A stretch of 64,000 nt of DNA from Psilocybe cubensis (lineage: Eukaryota): contig CM039007.1 in the NCBI GenBank assembly GCA_017499595.2, positions 372,001 to 436,000 of the forward strand, written 5' to 3'. Position numbers and translations under genes: made by a program. Position 1 is the first letter of the stretch. Every line of letters begins with the position of its first letter. Shown one piece after another: positions 61,484-64,000 of the stretch. The notes under the pieces are model-generated. The model was not told the origin of the DNA and searched no databases. It worked only from the letters and a program-made list of their open reading frames with translations.

Positions 61484-63400
61484 CTATGTTTTAGCAGACC
61501 AAAACTCAATCCCTGCAGAAGTCATAAATAGTAACCATGTCCCAGCAATTAGAAGGGCCGATGTAACGAAGAACACCTTCCCTCTCGCCCTCTCGGCAGG
61601 AGACACGATCATATCGTGAGAACGCTTTGGGCGTCGTGAATCTAGAGGCTGCAGCTCCTGCGAGACTTCCAATGAGTTTGGCTCCACGTTGTCGTCCTCA
61701 GGTAATGCCTCGTACTGCTCGTACTGGGGAAGCTGCTCCACCAGCAGCTGTTGGCGGAATTGATCGAATTTCATCATTGAGAAGACGCCGATCATCTGGA
61801 TGATATTAAGAGTGAGGAATGCGTTGATCACCTTCTGGATACTGGCCGACGATGTGCGGGACTTGGAATCTAAGGCAAGGCCAGCAAGCGTTTGCATGAT
61901 CGTTGACCCAGAAGACTCGATCTGTGTGTTGATGTGTTAGCTGTTGTGTGTGGTTTCTCAATGAAAGTTTCCGTGCTCACACTCTTATGGGCACCAAGAG
62001 CAGTTGATACATATTGAAGGGGGACCAAATGAGGGACGATGATGACGAGAAGAACTAGAAAGTTACTTCAGTTATGTGCTGGATGAAGTTACGCAAGTCA
62101 TGAACTAACGCGGTGAGAAGCCAATTCCAAGTCCGAATGACAGCATAGCAGGAAGAGGCGTACCCGTGGAAGTTGGAGGGAGTGCAAGCCAGGCATAACA
62201 CGCCAGTGTAAGGACAGAGGAGAGAAGCAGGAGGCGGTGGACGATAGAGCGCTTTTTTACCCGGTCTGTTATGTATCCACACTTTCAGAAGTCCCGGGAG
62301 GAGTTCAAGTAAGGATATGATTGTTGATTAAGAGAAGGTGATGCTCACGATAGGATATAAGAATGCACTTCCCGCCAGTAGAAATGATGATTGCTCGGCT
62401 GCCTTGCCCTCAGATAGGCCGTAACGGTGTTCAATAATGTTTCTTGATCGTTATGTCTTCAGTTTTTATAACCTTTCTGGGACACGGGCAGCGACACTCA
62501 CGGAGCAAGATGGGGAAACGGGGTCCAGATGAATCCGCAGAATATGTTGATACCAATATATAGCCAGAATATATCCCCCATGCTTAGCAGATCTCTGAGT
62601 TGTACCTTCCTCTTTGAGGTCACGTCATGCAATGCCTCTTGCTCTGAGAGTCGTCCCGAATTGTCTGCTTCAGCGCCGATTTCCCCAGCAATCCACTTTT
62701 CATACCACAAGTACAATAGGTTAACGGTGAAAGAGAACCCTGCCAAGAATGTTGAGGCAAAGAATGGTGCGTGTGGGCTCCATTGGGAAAGAGGAAAAGA
62801 GACGCGTGCCGATATGAATGATGCACTTTTGCCTGCTACCAGCCCAAGTGCAAGGGATAGCCCTAGCCCATGATCTTTAAAATAACGTACAATGATGGTT
62901 TCTTGCACGACAGCGAGCGGGGAGATTCCCAATCCAAAGATAAACATCCCGAATACCATGGTCTTCACGGACCCGGAGAGTTCACCAAGCAACAGAATAA
63001 GCTGACCGGTGAGGATGATGGACGTTGCTATAATGCTACTAAGGGAAGTCCCAAGTCTTGCTGCGAACAGACCGCCAACTTTGGAAGCAAAAGCTGGTGG
63101 TGAGCGGGTAATCTTCTATATAAGCCGCCAACGAACCTAAGGGTGTCCATGTGCTGTTGAGCGCGAATGCTGCAATCAATAGCCCAAATTGGCCATTAGT
63201 AGTTCCCTTCTCCCTAGAGAGCTGTGATTTCAGAGGACCAAGTGTATTCTGCCCACTGAAAGGAATAAGAACAGTTAGCTCCATGAAGTCCTTACTGAAT
63301 CAGTAGACACTTACAAATGACTTCCAATACTCAACGAACACGCACACACCAATGCCAAACCTCTCAGCAGAGCAACTCTTCTAGAGCTGGGGGAAACCAT
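61484..63400 (-). CDS. MFS transporter, MFSD1-like; start codon uncertain
   Basis: RGLALVCACSLSIGSHF|GQNTLGPLK; LNSTWTPL; FGLGISPLAVVQETIIVRYF; LGAHKS; stop at 61484. Confidence 0.8.
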
Positions 63401-64000
63401 AGCCTCAACGTGTAGTTAAGCCCTACGGTTCCTCCCTTGATGTATCGGTGGCCAGTGGTACGTTGCCCCAGACAGCAAAATCTGTCATGAAGGGGCGAAG
63501 AAACGAACAGGAGACTAATTTGATCGTGGTCGGAACTTCCGCCCATCCTGTGCTCATGCCGGGGCTCGAGGCTTCCCGCAACATGCATGCCGTGATAGAT
63601 TAAACCCTGAAAGGACCAAATGTAAGTAACATGGTGGGAAAGGACTTGAAAAAGGTACTACCTCTAGCGTAAGTCTGCTGGCTGATCGTGGGAAGGTTTT
63701 TATGACCCGATTCCGGCATCTCGCCTTGATGATTGACCAAGATTGGGTATTTCTGCGTACATTGATACGTTCCACTCAGGTGAATGGTACTACTAAGATT
63801 AGCTGAAGGTAAAACTTAAGAAGACTCTCCAGTATCACAACGACTATATGCAGGCATATTCAGTTAAAAACCGTCCTCCCACGTCAGTGACTCCACCATA
63901 CTACCTGTTATCTGTTTTGGTACTTTAGAAGCTGAGGCCCGATCTCTAAGTAGATTAGTTTGACCAATAGTGATCTATTCCTATCACCTTTTGACCAGAA

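Overview
Intron-rich eukaryotic DNA from a mushroom-forming basidiomycete. The taxon is inferred from ~50-70 nt GT-AG introns and lineage-typical F-box, MYND and secreted-protein families. Recognisable genes: TSC10, glycogen phosphorylase (about 33 introns, including 5-nt microexons), an IRC20/SHPRH-like SNF2-RING protein, MRD1, prefoldin-3, two MFS transporters, a Tay1-like double-Myb protein and RPN9, plus several hypotheticals. An accessory block at ~9-35 kb holds two F-box paralogs, two F-box relics, a MYND gene and a ~1.75 kb inverted repeat pair about 16.4 kb apart. The repeat appears to carry a heavily spliced unit with no convincing ORF. There are two intact non-autonomous CACG-ended transposons with 3-bp TSDs, a degenerate element with a 9-bp TSD and a Helitron-like 3' end. 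The most notable signal is a 375-nt MRD1 intron that resolves into two abutting introns (branch point, polypyrimidine tract, then AG|GT with no exon between them). Each half carries one snR64/SNORD74-like box C/D snoRNA, making this a candidate recursive-splicing snoRNA cassette. All gene models and identities were worked out by eye; no database searches were run.
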